Positions 21,501 through 29,690 of a DNA stretch of 64,000 bases are shown piece by piece. Origin of the DNA: Spirochaetales bacterium (GTDB taxonomy: Bacteria > Spirochaetota > Leptospiria > Leptospirales > Leptonemataceae); assembly GCA_024233935.1 (NCBI GenBank), contig JACKOY010000017.1, positions 27,096 to 91,095 of the forward strand. Direction: 5' to 3'. The first letter of the stretch is position 1, and each line of letters starts with the position of its first letter. Both the position numbers and the translations under genes were made by a program. The notes under the pieces were generated by a model. That model worked only from the letters and a program-made list of their open reading frames with translations. It ran no database searches and was not told where the DNA came from.

Positions 21501-21866
21501 CCGGGATTCATGGTGCTTGGCTGGCTCGGTGACATCTACTTCAATGCAACTTCGATGATCGGCGTGATTGCGTTGGCCGGCATTGCCGTGAACAATTCGA
21601 TTATTTTGTTGGAGTATCTGAACTCGCTGAAAGGCACCGGTCTGGGCCTCGAAGAGGCCCTCGTCCAGGCCGGCATGACGCGCTTTCGGCCGATCATGTT
21701 GACCACGGCCACTACCATGTTGGGTTCCCTCACTATTGCGGGCGATCCGGTCTGGGCGGGACTGGCCTACGCGATCGTTTTCGGCCTGGGTGTTTCCTCG
21801 GTGCTTACGCTGATTGTCTTTCCCGCGCTCTATCAATGGCTCGATGGCGGGGAGTGGGAATCGTAG
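18576..21866 (+). CDS. RND-family efflux transporter permease (AcrB/CzcA-like, 12 TM with two large periplasmic loops)
   Basis: GGAGG sits 6 nt upstream of ATG 18576. TM1 is followed by a large loop, repeated twice. Conserved RND blocks present (...GLLVDNATVVIENI..., ...GIAVNNSIILLEY...). Confidence 0.85.
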   Translation: MDSEQGKTLNWTGRITRLFVENGRLTLLLALTLLGWGLFAFATTPRQYNPRITAPAFELVVEFPGASRREVLEQVTRPLENVISDIPGVEDVYSVTTRGGRSVVRANFFVGEDPQAAKILLSDRIQSNLNLAPLGIQAPLIRSIDPDDVPVMTIALYGANTDPIALRKLGFRLRDRLRTVAGASNIEVIGGRRRELSIRFDPNRMARSGIALEDIERALQRSNVYMHSGQIKSPDRSLELEATGAVERPSDLENLVVVTGDFGQTRLREVATVREATREIEDYVRHMERTPTGPAEYDDVVLLSVAKLKDANISDVTQSVSAELERLRQDFLPDNVQARVIVNEGETATEEIRGLVINLVQAITIVIAILLFFLNVRAAILVAVSIPLTLLTVFGIAHLSGQSINRITLFALILSLGLLVDNATVVIENIVRWFRDRGAQDRDRARSLIVAAVSEVGPGLFMSTVTTVLAFIPMAFVTGMMGPYMGPIPFFVPAALIVSLFLSFSINPWLAAIILPVGTPDAASTAPHPLLQRVSALFRPLFDLGERIFQLYRRFLHNILSDRRLRLRVLMGILVLITLSAALPAVQLVRFRMLPKADRRQFFLFIDLPAGTPLAETLRVTRAYEQLLLAEPEIVMTQSFVGQPPILDFNGLFRGVSERVLPHQASIRVGLTHPDDRGETSAELVRGYRDDLLAARSQIANAETLRLKLVEDPPGPPVLSTLLVRVQGYDEDLLRSVATDLRPFVDSVSGVVDTDISVPEDTTTLQVRIDNARATRSRVDAIRIANALSTSYGGRVVGVYHNENNIEQEFITLRMDRRFRESPATLSELYIYNDLGIRVPLSDVARIVSVPTEKPIRRENRLSTVYLYGDMSGRSITYSAIDILSHLSDYRLPSGEAELEDFSLFGATYRLPDGREVQVSIGGEWELTLEVFRDLGLAMGVAVFLVYVVLVAQFSSFKEPLIIMSTIPLGLIGVLPGFMVLGWLGDIYFNATSMIGVIALAGIAVNNSIILLEYLNSLKGTGLGLEEALVQAGMTRFRPIMLTTATTMLGSLTIAGDPVWAGLAYAIVFGLGVSSVLTLIVFPALYQWLDGGEWES

Positions 21867-21895
21867 AGGCGCTCGCTCGGTATGGCTGCCGGTTT

Positions 21896-22294
21896 CTAAA
21901 ACCCCGGCGCAAGTAACCTGAGTTTTCGCGCCGCTTTGGAAAGGGCCGCGTCCAGGCTCGCGATCGGCGTTTTCAGGCGCCACGCGGCTTCCAGGTAGGC
22001 CGCATCGTAGGCGGACAATTTGTGGTTTCGGGCAAGCTTCAGAATATCCTCGGGGGATCCCGAATCAATGAGCACGATTGGTAGCGCACGCAGACGCTTC
22101 CAGACCTGAGCCGTATAAGCCGGCGTGATTCGGTTTCGTCTCTCGGCTACGAGCAGAGCATTCGTCAGCTCCAGCCGCCAGAGGCTGATGGTCCGGATGT
22201 CGTGCTGGTCCAGTCGGTCCAGCAATTCTTCGGCGGCCGGTTTTTGTTCGTCTTCGAAAAACCACGACAGGGTTACGGAAGCATCCACAATCAC
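21896..22294 (-). CDS. vapC: PIN-domain ribonuclease toxin VapC
   Basis: MIVDASVTLSWFF... carries the first acidic residue of the PIN fold; 132 aa. Its start overlaps the stop of the upstream antitoxin gene by 4 nt. Confidence 0.8.
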   Translation of the reverse strand: MIVDASVTLSWFFEDEQKPAAEELLDRLDQHDIRTISLWRLELTNALLVAERRNRITPAYTAQVWKRLRALPIVLIDSGSPEDILKLARNHKLSAYDAAYLEAAWRLKTPIASLDAALSKAARKLRLLAPGF

Positions 22295-22527
22295 CGGCGC
22301 CCCTCTTCAATGAACTCCTTAACCGGTCCGCCCAGCTTCTTGCCGCGTCTTTCAGAACGAATTCTGGCGATTGCCCGCCGCGTAGCCTGCGGGTCGTCCT
22401 GGCTTACTGGTAGCAGTCGAGCTACGGGTATGCCGTTCTTGGTGACCAAAAAGGCTTCGCCCGCGCGTGTTTCTTCCAGAAAGCGCGAAAAGTGCACCTT
22501 GAGCTCGTTGGAGGCCACGGTTCTCAT
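22291..22527 (-). CDS. Phd/YefM-type antitoxin partner of VapC
   Basis: 78 aa. NELKVHFSRFLEETRAGEAFLVTKNGIPVARL is the typical Phd/YefM antitoxin N-terminus. ATGA-type overlap with vapC. Confidence 0.7.
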   Translation of the reverse strand: MRTVASNELKVHFSRFLEETRAGEAFLVTKNGIPVARLLPVSQDDPQATRRAIARIRSERRGKKLGGPVKEFIEEGRR

Positions 22528-22797
22528 TTCAACCAGTATATCGACCAGTTGATTCGGGTCAAATGAAAAGTCCCGGAACGGGTGTGGCCTGCGAACGCAT
22601 CGCTTCGCCGCGGGCTTCTATGCGCCCTAAAAAGCACCGGGGCCGGGTCTCAGCTGCGAGTGAGGGATCCCGGTCATGCTCCAGCGCCGGAGCGAATTGC
22701 AAGCACGCTCAACCTGGAACTGAGACCCGGAGCCGGGCGCGGCCTTTCGAGCCGGGAAAGCGTCTTGAGCTTGAGACTCGCGGCGCGAAGCGGGACG

Positions 22798-23961
22798 TCA
22801 CGCCTTAGCGGCTGTTGCCGGGGCGGGAGGCGCGATATAGGTAAAGGCGCGCTGCACTTTGTGGACGACCAGCATGCCGTGGGCGTGATCGCTGAAGGCG
22901 CCGGCGTCATCCAGGGCCTCGGTAATGCCTTCGACCTGGGACTCGGCGACGATCAAAGTTGCGCTTTCCCGTGCCGGCGGGACTGACCTGGCGGTTCGTG
23001 CACTGGCGCGAATGTGGCGTGTGCGGGCGATGGTGGCCCCGCTTGCGCCCCGACGCATGGCCTCTTCGACCAACGGGTTAGCCTTTCCTTCGTCGACGGT
23101 CAGGTTCATTTCCACAAGGCCACTCAGGTACTTGCGACCGACTTGATCGGAGGAATCAAGGCCGGTACGACGCCGCCACTCGCTGTTGCCGGTAATCTGA
23201 TCGAGGGCGGCAATCACCTGCTCCATGCTGGCCGCGTGCTCCTGGGCGCCACGGCTCACGCGCAGGTTGGGCACTCCCTTGCGAAGCGGGTATAGATAAA
23301 TGAATCCCCGTCCTGGTTGGTCCAGCTTGCCGGTGTCAATCATCATGTCCATGAGCATCTCGGCATCGAAGCTGCTTACGGGCACCGTAATCACTTCTTT
23401 CTCGGCCGGGATCGCGATTCGCAGCAACCCCATCTTGTCGCGTACTCCGGTGCCGCGGCCGAAGTGAATGCCGGGTACTCCGGTTCCGGTATCGAGCGCA
23501 ATGCGCGCCGTTTCGTCCCCGTGCCCCCGTTGTACAATGGCGCACAGACCTGCAAGATTGCTGTGTAACACGGCGGGCGCGGGCGCGAGCCGTGAGCGAA
23601 CCTGATTTGGAGCGCACAGTTCGTGGGCCTTTCGCAACACGACATCCTCGCTGAATACCGAACCGCGGCCGGGGGCATCCAGATTGCCCCGACTCATGAT
23701 GACGTTGAGCGCCGCTGCTTCCGAGCCCGGTTCCACGATGAGCGTCAGCAGTTCGGCAGGATCGTCTGCGAGCAACGATCTTGAGAAAAGTCCAAAAAGA
23801 CCGGAGCGTTGTTCAACGATTGCCGTGCGTCCGGCCCGCACGTGCAAACCGCGCACACCCGATGCGAGCAACTCGTTGACCACGGCGCCCGAGACGTTGC
23901 GATTCAGCGTGGCTCGAATGCGAACCACACGCTGGCCCGGTTGTTTAGGCCCCCACAGCAA
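22798..23961 (-). CDS. Tandem P-II-like (GlnB/SbtB-like) signal-transduction domain protein, about four repeats
   Basis: Four ~95-aa repeats, each with a Gly-rich T-loop-like element (VRAGRT..., HFGRGTG..., DQPGRGF..., DAPGRGS...). Sits immediately downstream of, and overlapping, the DUF1538 gene as in known DUF1538/P-II-like pairs. The assignment rests on repeat pattern plus gene context. Confidence 0.45.
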   Translation of the reverse strand: MLWGPKQPGQRVVRIRATLNRNVSGAVVNELLASGVRGLHVRAGRTAIVEQRSGLFGLFSRSLLADDPAELLTLIVEPGSEAAALNVIMSRGNLDAPGRGSVFSEDVVLRKAHELCAPNQVRSRLAPAPAVLHSNLAGLCAIVQRGHGDETARIALDTGTGVPGIHFGRGTGVRDKMGLLRIAIPAEKEVITVPVSSFDAEMLMDMMIDTGKLDQPGRGFIYLYPLRKGVPNLRVSRGAQEHAASMEQVIAALDQITGNSEWRRRTGLDSSDQVGRKYLSGLVEMNLTVDEGKANPLVEEAMRRGASGATIARTRHIRASARTARSVPPARESATLIVAESQVEGITEALDDAGAFSDHAHGMLVVHKVQRAFTYIAPPAPATAAKA

Positions 23962-26068
23962 GTTCTTTCTCCTGAGTTTGGCGTTCCTCTTCGCGCAGCA
24001 GGGCGTTGCGGCGCTTCGTCACGCGCAATCCTACCAGAAGCACCGAAAGGATCGGGAAGACCGAGGCCATGGAAAGAATGCCGAAACCTTCCAGCACGCC
24101 GACTTCCCCGCCGATGCCAAGTCCCATGGCCAGAACCAGCGGCACCGTGATCGGTCCGGTCGTCACACCGGCAGAGTCCCAGCCAATGTTCACAAATTCC
24201 TCGGTTGAAAGCTTCGTAATGGCGAGCAAGACCAGGTAAGGCGGCACAAGCAGGTACACCAATGGCAGATCCCAGATGATCTTTGCAACACCGACGGCAA
24301 TGCCGATGCCGACCCCGATCGCGACAGCCTGCATGAGCAGGCTTTTCTTAAAGGTTCCTACCGTAATTTCTTCTACCGTCAGTCCCAGGGCATTCAGCGC
24401 CGGCTCGGCCAGAGTTGCCCCGTAGCCCATGATGAAAGCAAAGATCAAAACGACCACAAGACCGGCAAGGCCACCGACGTGTCCGAAAAGCGGGCCCCGG
24501 GAAGGAACAAAGCTGTAAGTTCCCGTAGTGGCATCGTAGTTTGATTCGTGGAAATGCAACGTTACGATTTCACCTTCCTTCTGGGTGAAAAAGAACCGTT
24601 CGACCTCGCCGTCGGCGTTGATGGCGCGCTGGACGAGACCCTGATCAAAATTCTTGATATCGAAACGTTGGTCGGGCAGCTCAATTTCCTTAAACGAAGC
24701 CGGCAGATTGCTGCCCACCTGCCGACCGAGACGATCCAGACCAAGCTCAATGCCGATGCTGAAGATCATCATTCCCAGAATCGCGAAAAATAATCCGAGC
24801 AGGCATTCGTCAGGTTGGGGCAAACGCTCCCGCAAGATCAAAAAAAGCACGAGCAACATCGGGGCGGCAAGCAGAGCGATGGCCTGCACCGCAGCCCGCA
24901 TATTTCGCAGCAGCAAGGACGTCGGATCGATGGCGGGTACACTTACCGGCTGCGCCGCCGCGGCTGCCAGGGCCGCCTCGTTGCCAAAGACCGCCAGCCT
25001 CTGAGCTTCGGTGCCCTTTTCCAGCGCCCATCGCTGCACGGCCGATAGCGTTCCCGTAGGGGGCCCAAAAATCTGCGCGGCGCGTTCGGCATCGCCGGCC
25101 AGCTCGCGTAAAGCAGCCAGCATGGCTTCCTGGCCGCCGTAGTACGCGTTCTGAGCCTCAATGCCGGCGCTCTGAAAGAGATAGCTCTGCATGGAAGCTT
25201 CGCTCTCGAAAAGCCGCTCAACGCCGGGGCGATTTTCAGGCGCGAAGAACTGACCTACCGGGGCCGGCTCGGGAACCTGTACCCGCAGTGTCAAAGCCAG
25301 CGAAAGCACCGCCAGGATGGGGAACAAACTTGCCAGAGTCACAACACCGAAACCGGCCGACGCCGAATCACCGCTCCCGGTCATGCGCGAAATGCCAATG
25401 CCCAGGGCCAGCACCAGCGGAACCGTAACAGGGCCGGTTGTCACCGCGCCGCAATCCCAGGCGAGACCCAAAATGTAGGCCAGATTTGCATCGAAGTGCG
25501 AGTAGGCGGTCAGCGCCAATAGCCCACCGATGAGTATATATATGAAGGGTTTGAGAGACCAGTTGTAGAGAAAGCGCAGCATGCCGAACATCACGGCGAT
25601 GCCAACACCGGCGCCAACGGAGTAGACCAGCACATCGGCCTTCAGATTCAACAGATGAAAAAGCAGCGGTGTCTTCCAGGGTTTTACGGCCGCGCCGGCG
25701 CTTTGCAGTACCTGGATCGCGGGTTCGGCCATGGTCGCGAGAAACCCGAGCACAACCGAGAAAAGCAGTATCACGGGCAGGGATGACTTCTGCGGCAGTT
25801 TTACGCCTACCACTTCGCCGAGGGGCATAAGGCCCAGCAAGAGCCCCTCCATAAAGAAGGTCAGTCCGACCACAACGAGGGCGATTCCAAACGCGATTCC
25901 GGTCGCCTCCGCAATGGGAATGCCCAGCACGAGCGTTTGAAATAGAATCAGGTAGAGAATGATCAACCAGACCGATTTGATCTGTTCCATCAAACGTTGT
26001 TTGATGTACGGGCCAATCAGAGCGAGCGCCTGGGAAAACGTGAGACGTATTTTTTCTTTGCGCGCCAT
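23945..26068 (-). CDS. Fused double DUF1538-type membrane protein (putative transporter) with inserted soluble segments
   Basis: 707 aa. Two homologous multi-TM modules (each starting ...GIPIAEATG.../...GYGATLAEPALN...). Such modules normally occur as two adjacent DUF1538 genes followed by a P-II-like gene. Confidence 0.55.
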   Translation of the reverse strand: MARKEKIRLTFSQALALIGPYIKQRLMEQIKSVWLIILYLILFQTLVLGIPIAEATGIAFGIALVVVGLTFFMEGLLLGLMPLGEVVGVKLPQKSSLPVILLFSVVLGFLATMAEPAIQVLQSAGAAVKPWKTPLLFHLLNLKADVLVYSVGAGVGIAVMFGMLRFLYNWSLKPFIYILIGGLLALTAYSHFDANLAYILGLAWDCGAVTTGPVTVPLVLALGIGISRMTGSGDSASAGFGVVTLASLFPILAVLSLALTLRVQVPEPAPVGQFFAPENRPGVERLFESEASMQSYLFQSAGIEAQNAYYGGQEAMLAALRELAGDAERAAQIFGPPTGTLSAVQRWALEKGTEAQRLAVFGNEAALAAAAAQPVSVPAIDPTSLLLRNMRAAVQAIALLAAPMLLVLFLILRERLPQPDECLLGLFFAILGMMIFSIGIELGLDRLGRQVGSNLPASFKEIELPDQRFDIKNFDQGLVQRAINADGEVERFFFTQKEGEIVTLHFHESNYDATTGTYSFVPSRGPLFGHVGGLAGLVVVLIFAFIMGYGATLAEPALNALGLTVEEITVGTFKKSLLMQAVAIGVGIGIAVGVAKIIWDLPLVYLLVPPYLVLLAITKLSTEEFVNIGWDSAGVTTGPITVPLVLAMGLGIGGEVGVLEGFGILSMASVFPILSVLLVGLRVTKRRNALLREEERQTQEKELAVGA

Positions 26069-26129
26069 GGAATGCCTGGCGCGTATAATATCTAACCGGG
26101 CCCAGGATCAAGAAAAAAACTTCGCCCCG

Positions 26130-26526
26130 TTTCTGGCCTCCTTTCTGAAATCGGTGGTTTTCGCCGGTCTTTTGTTCCTGCGACACGGCACGGAAGATCA
26201 AAATCAAAAGAGCATTCTCGGGCTTGCCCGTGCGCGCAGACAATTCTGAACACCCTATTCTTGATTTTCAGGCCATCCAGCGTCGACTGGCTGAGATGGC
26301 CGCGCGGACGGAAGCCGCGCGCTGGTTGGTGTATCGCGCCGCCTTTCTCAAGTCCCGCGGTAAGGGCTGCTTTCGGGAGATCAGCGTGGCCAAACTGATC
26401 GCATCGGAGGCGCTCGTTGAACTGGCGCGCTCCGGTATGCAGATTTTTGGAGGGCAGGCGTACGCCCCTTTCCAATCCCAGGCTCGTTTGCAATTGACAA
26501 CGCCCGGGCGCTTCCATATGAGGTAG
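26130..26526 (+). pseudogene. Decayed acyl-CoA dehydrogenase gene (N-terminal-domain fragment + C-terminal helical domain; middle domain missing)
   Basis: Frame 1 (26130-26249): ...FAGLLFLRHGTEDQNQKSILGLARA resembles the ACAD N-domain ...GTEEQKxKYLPxLA. Frame 2 (26224-26526): FQAIQRRLAEMAARTEAARWLVYRAA...KLIASEALVELARSGMQIFGGQAY is the ACAD C-terminal domain. There is no intact ORF and no catalytic middle domain. Confidence 0.6.
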
Positions 26527-26540
26527 CGGAGATCTAGCCT

Positions 26541-26789
26541 ATGGTTGCGGAAGTTGTTCAATACGTTGTAATGCTTGGACTGGTAGGCGTGGGGGCCTAC
26601 CTGGTTGTGCGGCTGGTGCGGATTCTACGCGACGGCGCCTTTACAATGCGAGGGCAGCTCTATACGCGAAAGAACTGGTTCATGTACTCGATGGTTATTG
26701 TGCGGGACCTGATCCTGATCGCGATGATGTTGGGTGGCGGTCTGCTTTTCCTGTATCTGAAGATCTTTCGTGGCGTACAGTTTGTGTAG
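26541..26789 (+). CDS. Hypothetical small 2-TM membrane protein (82 aa)
   Basis: The ORF and two hydrophobic helices only. Confidence 0.25.
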   Translation: MVAEVVQYVVMLGLVGVGAYLVVRLVRILRDGAFTMRGQLYTRKNWFMYSMVIVRDLILIAMMLGGGLLFLYLKIFRGVQFV

Positions 26790-26914
26790 TCCGTTTGTGT
26801 GCATGAAATGCGTGCGTGGCCAGAACGGCCTTTGAGCTATAGAACGCGATCACCTGCGCTTGCGAGCGAAGAGACCCGCAAGCCACGCATGCAGACGATG
26901 TGTACGGTTTTTGC

Positions 26915-27775
26915 TCAGTCGCTCTGTTTGCGTTCGGCAAGCATGCGGTCGAGTTCTTCCGGGTCGGGGGATCCGCGGTGCGGGCTGATCGATTCTCCAC
27001 CGTCCATTACGACGATGGAGCCCGTCATCCAGCTACCCGAGGGCGAAGACATGAAGACAATCATGTCACCGATTTCTTCCGGTTTCCCGCCGCGGCGTAG
27101 CGGGATCGTATGAACAAACTTTTCGAAGTCACCGCCCTTCTCGAAGGCTTTGGTGACGCCCTCGGTGACGATCGGCCCCGGCGCAACCGCGTTGACCCGA
27201 ATGCCGAAGCGCGCCCACTCCAGAGCCAGGGTCTTTGTCAACGCATCAATGCCCGACTTTGCCGCGCAGGCCGGCGCCATGCCCACCCAGCCATCTTTGT
27301 GAAGCGTCATGCTGATGCTGACTATGTGTCCGCCACGATCTTTCATGTGTCTGTGCGCGGCCCGGCAGCAATAAAAGGTTCCGTTCAGATCAATGTCGAT
27401 CACAGCGTGCCAGAGCTTGTCGCGGAGTTTGTGGGCGGGGAAGTAGAAGTTGCCGGCCGCATTGTTAACCAGGATATCCAGCTGGCCCAGTTCGTCGACG
27501 ACGCGGCGAAAGGTTTGATTTACGACCCCCGAATCCCGAACGTCCATGCCAAGACCGATGGCCCGGACGCCGTAAAGCCGGGCGATCTCGCTTGCCACCC
27601 GGGCGCATTGCTCCTCCCGACGGCTGGCAATCGCTATATCGGCCCCGGCCTGGGCCAGGCGATGAACCACTCCGAGGCCAATTCCGCTCGAACCGCCGGT
27701 CACAAAGGCGACTTTCCCTTTCAAGAGTCCGTCTTTGAATATGAAGGGTTCCTCGCTTTTTACCACGTCGCTCAT
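26915..27775 (-). CDS. SDR-family oxidoreductase, 2,4-dienoyl-CoA-reductase-like
   Basis: GKVAFVTGGSSGIGLG Rossmann motif. Catalytic region ...SISMTLHKDGWVGMAPACAAKSGIDALT. Overall pattern resembles DECR-type SDRs. Confidence 0.8.
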   Translation of the reverse strand: MSDVVKSEEPFIFKDGLLKGKVAFVTGGSSGIGLGVVHRLAQAGADIAIASRREEQCARVASEIARLYGVRAIGLGMDVRDSGVVNQTFRRVVDELGQLDILVNNAAGNFYFPAHKLRDKLWHAVIDIDLNGTFYCCRAAHRHMKDRGGHIVSISMTLHKDGWVGMAPACAAKSGIDALTKTLALEWARFGIRVNAVAPGPIVTEGVTKAFEKGGDFEKFVHTIPLRRGGKPEEIGDMIVFMSSPSGSWMTGSIVVMDGGESISPHRGSPDPEELDRMLAERKQSD

Positions 27776-27870
27776 GGCGCACTGCTCCGTTTCCAGGCCC
27801 CGATGTCAAAGAACTTCTGCCTGTATCGCGGGCAATCACAGGGCATGTTTCGTCGGGCTTTGATTTTTTT

Positions 27871-27900
27871 TTGTTTCTTCCCCGGGGACAGCCCTACAAT
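27871..27900 (+). promoter_or_regulatory. Candidate sigma70-like promoter for gltA (TTGTTT - 18 nt - TACAAT)
   Basis: Hexamers at 27871-27876 and 27895-27900, about 100 nt upstream of ATG 27997, in a T-rich stretch of the divergent intergenic region. Confidence 0.2.
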
Positions 27901-27996
27901 CTTGATATGAAAGACCATGCGGCCACGGCAGTGGGCCTTTCGCGCTGGCGAGCGCCGCAGGGAATTCAGACAACCACACAGGACGGAACGAGGCGT

Positions 27997-29283
27997 ATGG
28001 CAGGTGCAGCAAAGCTGGTTTACGATGGTCAGGAGCTTGAATTGCCGATCATTGAGGGAACGGAAAACGAGCGCGCGATCGATATCGGCAAGCTGCGCGG
28101 CACGACGGGCCTCATCACCGTTGACGAAGGCTTTGTAAACACCGGCTCGTGCAAAAGCGGCGTTACGTTCCTGGATGGCGAACAGGGCATCCTGCGCTAT
28201 CGCGGCTACCCCATTGAGGATCTCGCGGAGAAGTCCACGTTTTTAGAAGTCGCTTACCTGCTCATCTACGGCGAGCTTCCGACCAAAGAACAATACGAAG
28301 ATTTTCAGCACAGCATTACCGTGCACACCATGATCCACGAGGATCTAAAACGACTGTACGATGGCTATCCCAAAGACAGCCACCCCATGTCGATTCTCTC
28401 TTCTATGATCGTGACGCTTTCGGGTTATTATACGGATTCCTCGGACCCCTTGATTCCCATGCATCGCGAAATCTCCATGGCGCGACTGCTGGCCAAGACG
28501 CCAACTATCGCGGCTTATTCGTACAAAAAGTCCATCGGGCAGCCCTTTGTATACCCGCGCAACAATCTGAGCTACATCGGAAACTTCATGAACATGATGT
28601 TCTCGGTTCCTGCCACCGATTATGAAGTGGACCCGGTGATTGAGCGCGCGCTTGATACCCTTCTGATTCTGCACGCCGATCACGAGCAGAACTGCAGCAC
28701 GTCTACCGTTCGTCTGGTGGGCTCCAGTCGCGCCAATCTGTATGCGACCATTGCCAGCGGTGTCTGCGCTCTCTGGGGGCCGTTGCACGGTGGGGCGAAT
28801 CAGGCCGTCATCGAAATGCTGAGTCGCGTGCACGAAGACGGTGGCGATGCGAAAAAGTACATCGAACTTGCCAAAGACAAAAACTCAACCTTCCGGCTGA
28901 TGGGATTCGGTCACCGGGTTTACAAAAATTTCGACCCGCGGGCGCGCATCATCAAAAAAGCCTGCGACGACGTTTTGAAAAAGATGGGTGTGCACGATCC
29001 GCTGCTCGAAATCGCCAAGAAGCTCGAAGAGGCGGCGCTTGAAGACGAGTACTTTGTCGAACGAAAGCTCTATCCCAACGTGGATTTCTATTCGGGCATT
29101 ATCTACCGCGCGATTGGCATTCCGACCGACATGTTTACGGTCATGTTCGCCCTCGGTCGTATGCCGGGCTGGATTGCCCAGTGGAAGGAGATGATCGAGA
29201 ATCCGGGAACGCGCATTGGCCGTCCGCGTCAGGTCTATAATGGCGCCACCGAACGTCGTTATCAGGATATCGGGAAGCGCTGA
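27997..29283 (+). CDS. gltA: Citrate synthase
   Basis: 428 aa from ATG 27997 (RBS GGAACGAGG). Conserved blocks: LLIYGELPT, HADHEQNCSTSTVRLVGSS, GPLHGGAN, GFGHRVYKNFDPRA. Confidence 0.9.
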   Translation: MAGAAKLVYDGQELELPIIEGTENERAIDIGKLRGTTGLITVDEGFVNTGSCKSGVTFLDGEQGILRYRGYPIEDLAEKSTFLEVAYLLIYGELPTKEQYEDFQHSITVHTMIHEDLKRLYDGYPKDSHPMSILSSMIVTLSGYYTDSSDPLIPMHREISMARLLAKTPTIAAYSYKKSIGQPFVYPRNNLSYIGNFMNMMFSVPATDYEVDPVIERALDTLLILHADHEQNCSTSTVRLVGSSRANLYATIASGVCALWGPLHGGANQAVIEMLSRVHEDGGDAKKYIELAKDKNSTFRLMGFGHRVYKNFDPRARIIKKACDDVLKKMGVHDPLLEIAKKLEEAALEDEYFVERKLYPNVDFYSGIIYRAIGIPTDMFTVMFALGRMPGWIAQWKEMIENPGTRIGRPRQVYNGATERRYQDIGKR

Positions 29284-29669
29284 TGCGTATTCGCGTTGAA
29301 GATATTCGGGTACGCAATCGAATCCGGAGAGATCCAGGTCATCTGGCTGACTTGAAAGACAGCATGAATCGGCTGGGACTGCTCCAGCCGATTCTGATTG
29401 ACCCTCAGAACAACCTGGTCGCCGGCTTTCGGCGCCTGCAGTCCGCGCGCGAACTCGGCTGGGATACCATCGAAGCACGCATCATCGACGTGGAAGACAA
29501 ACGCGAGCGCCTCATTATCGAGGCTGAAGAGAACACGACCCGTCGCGATTTCACTCCCGAGGAACTGGAAAAGGCCGACCGCTTGCTGGAACGTTACAGC
29601 CATGAAGGCTTCTTCCGTCGTTTTCTGGCCTGGATTCTGGATCTGTTTGATCGCATTTTTCGAAGGTAG
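29283..29669 (+). CDS. ParB/Srx-like nuclease-domain protein (128 aa)
   Basis: ...IRVRNRIRRDPGHLADLKDSMNRLGLLQPILID... matches the ParB N-terminal domain pattern (conserved R-rich box, LLQPI). ATG overlaps the gltA stop (TGATG). Confidence 0.6.
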   Translation: MRIRVEDIRVRNRIRRDPGHLADLKDSMNRLGLLQPILIDPQNNLVAGFRRLQSARELGWDTIEARIIDVEDKRERLIIEAEENTTRRDFTPEELEKADRLLERYSHEGFFRRFLAWILDLFDRIFRR

Positions 29670-29687
29670 GGGGCGTAGTTGCCCCCT
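29668..29687. terminator. Hairpin AGGGGGC-gtagtt-GCCCCCT followed by CTTTA; candidate terminator between the convergent ParB-like gene and hsdR
   Basis: A perfect 7-bp GC-rich stem with a 6-nt loop, directly overlapping the ParB-like stop codon. Confidence 0.4.
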
Positions 29688-29690
29688 GCT

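Noticed and set aside
21885-21907. GCCGG-N11-CCGGC hairpin between the RND gene and vapC, considered as a terminator
   Set aside because: A 5-bp stem with an 11-nt loop and no U-tract is too weak to annotate.
25368-26243. 291-aa minus-strand ORF overlapping the 5' part of the DUF1538 gene
   Set aside because: It is in an alternative frame of a gene with clear TM-module structure, and its translation is Arg-rich low complexity.
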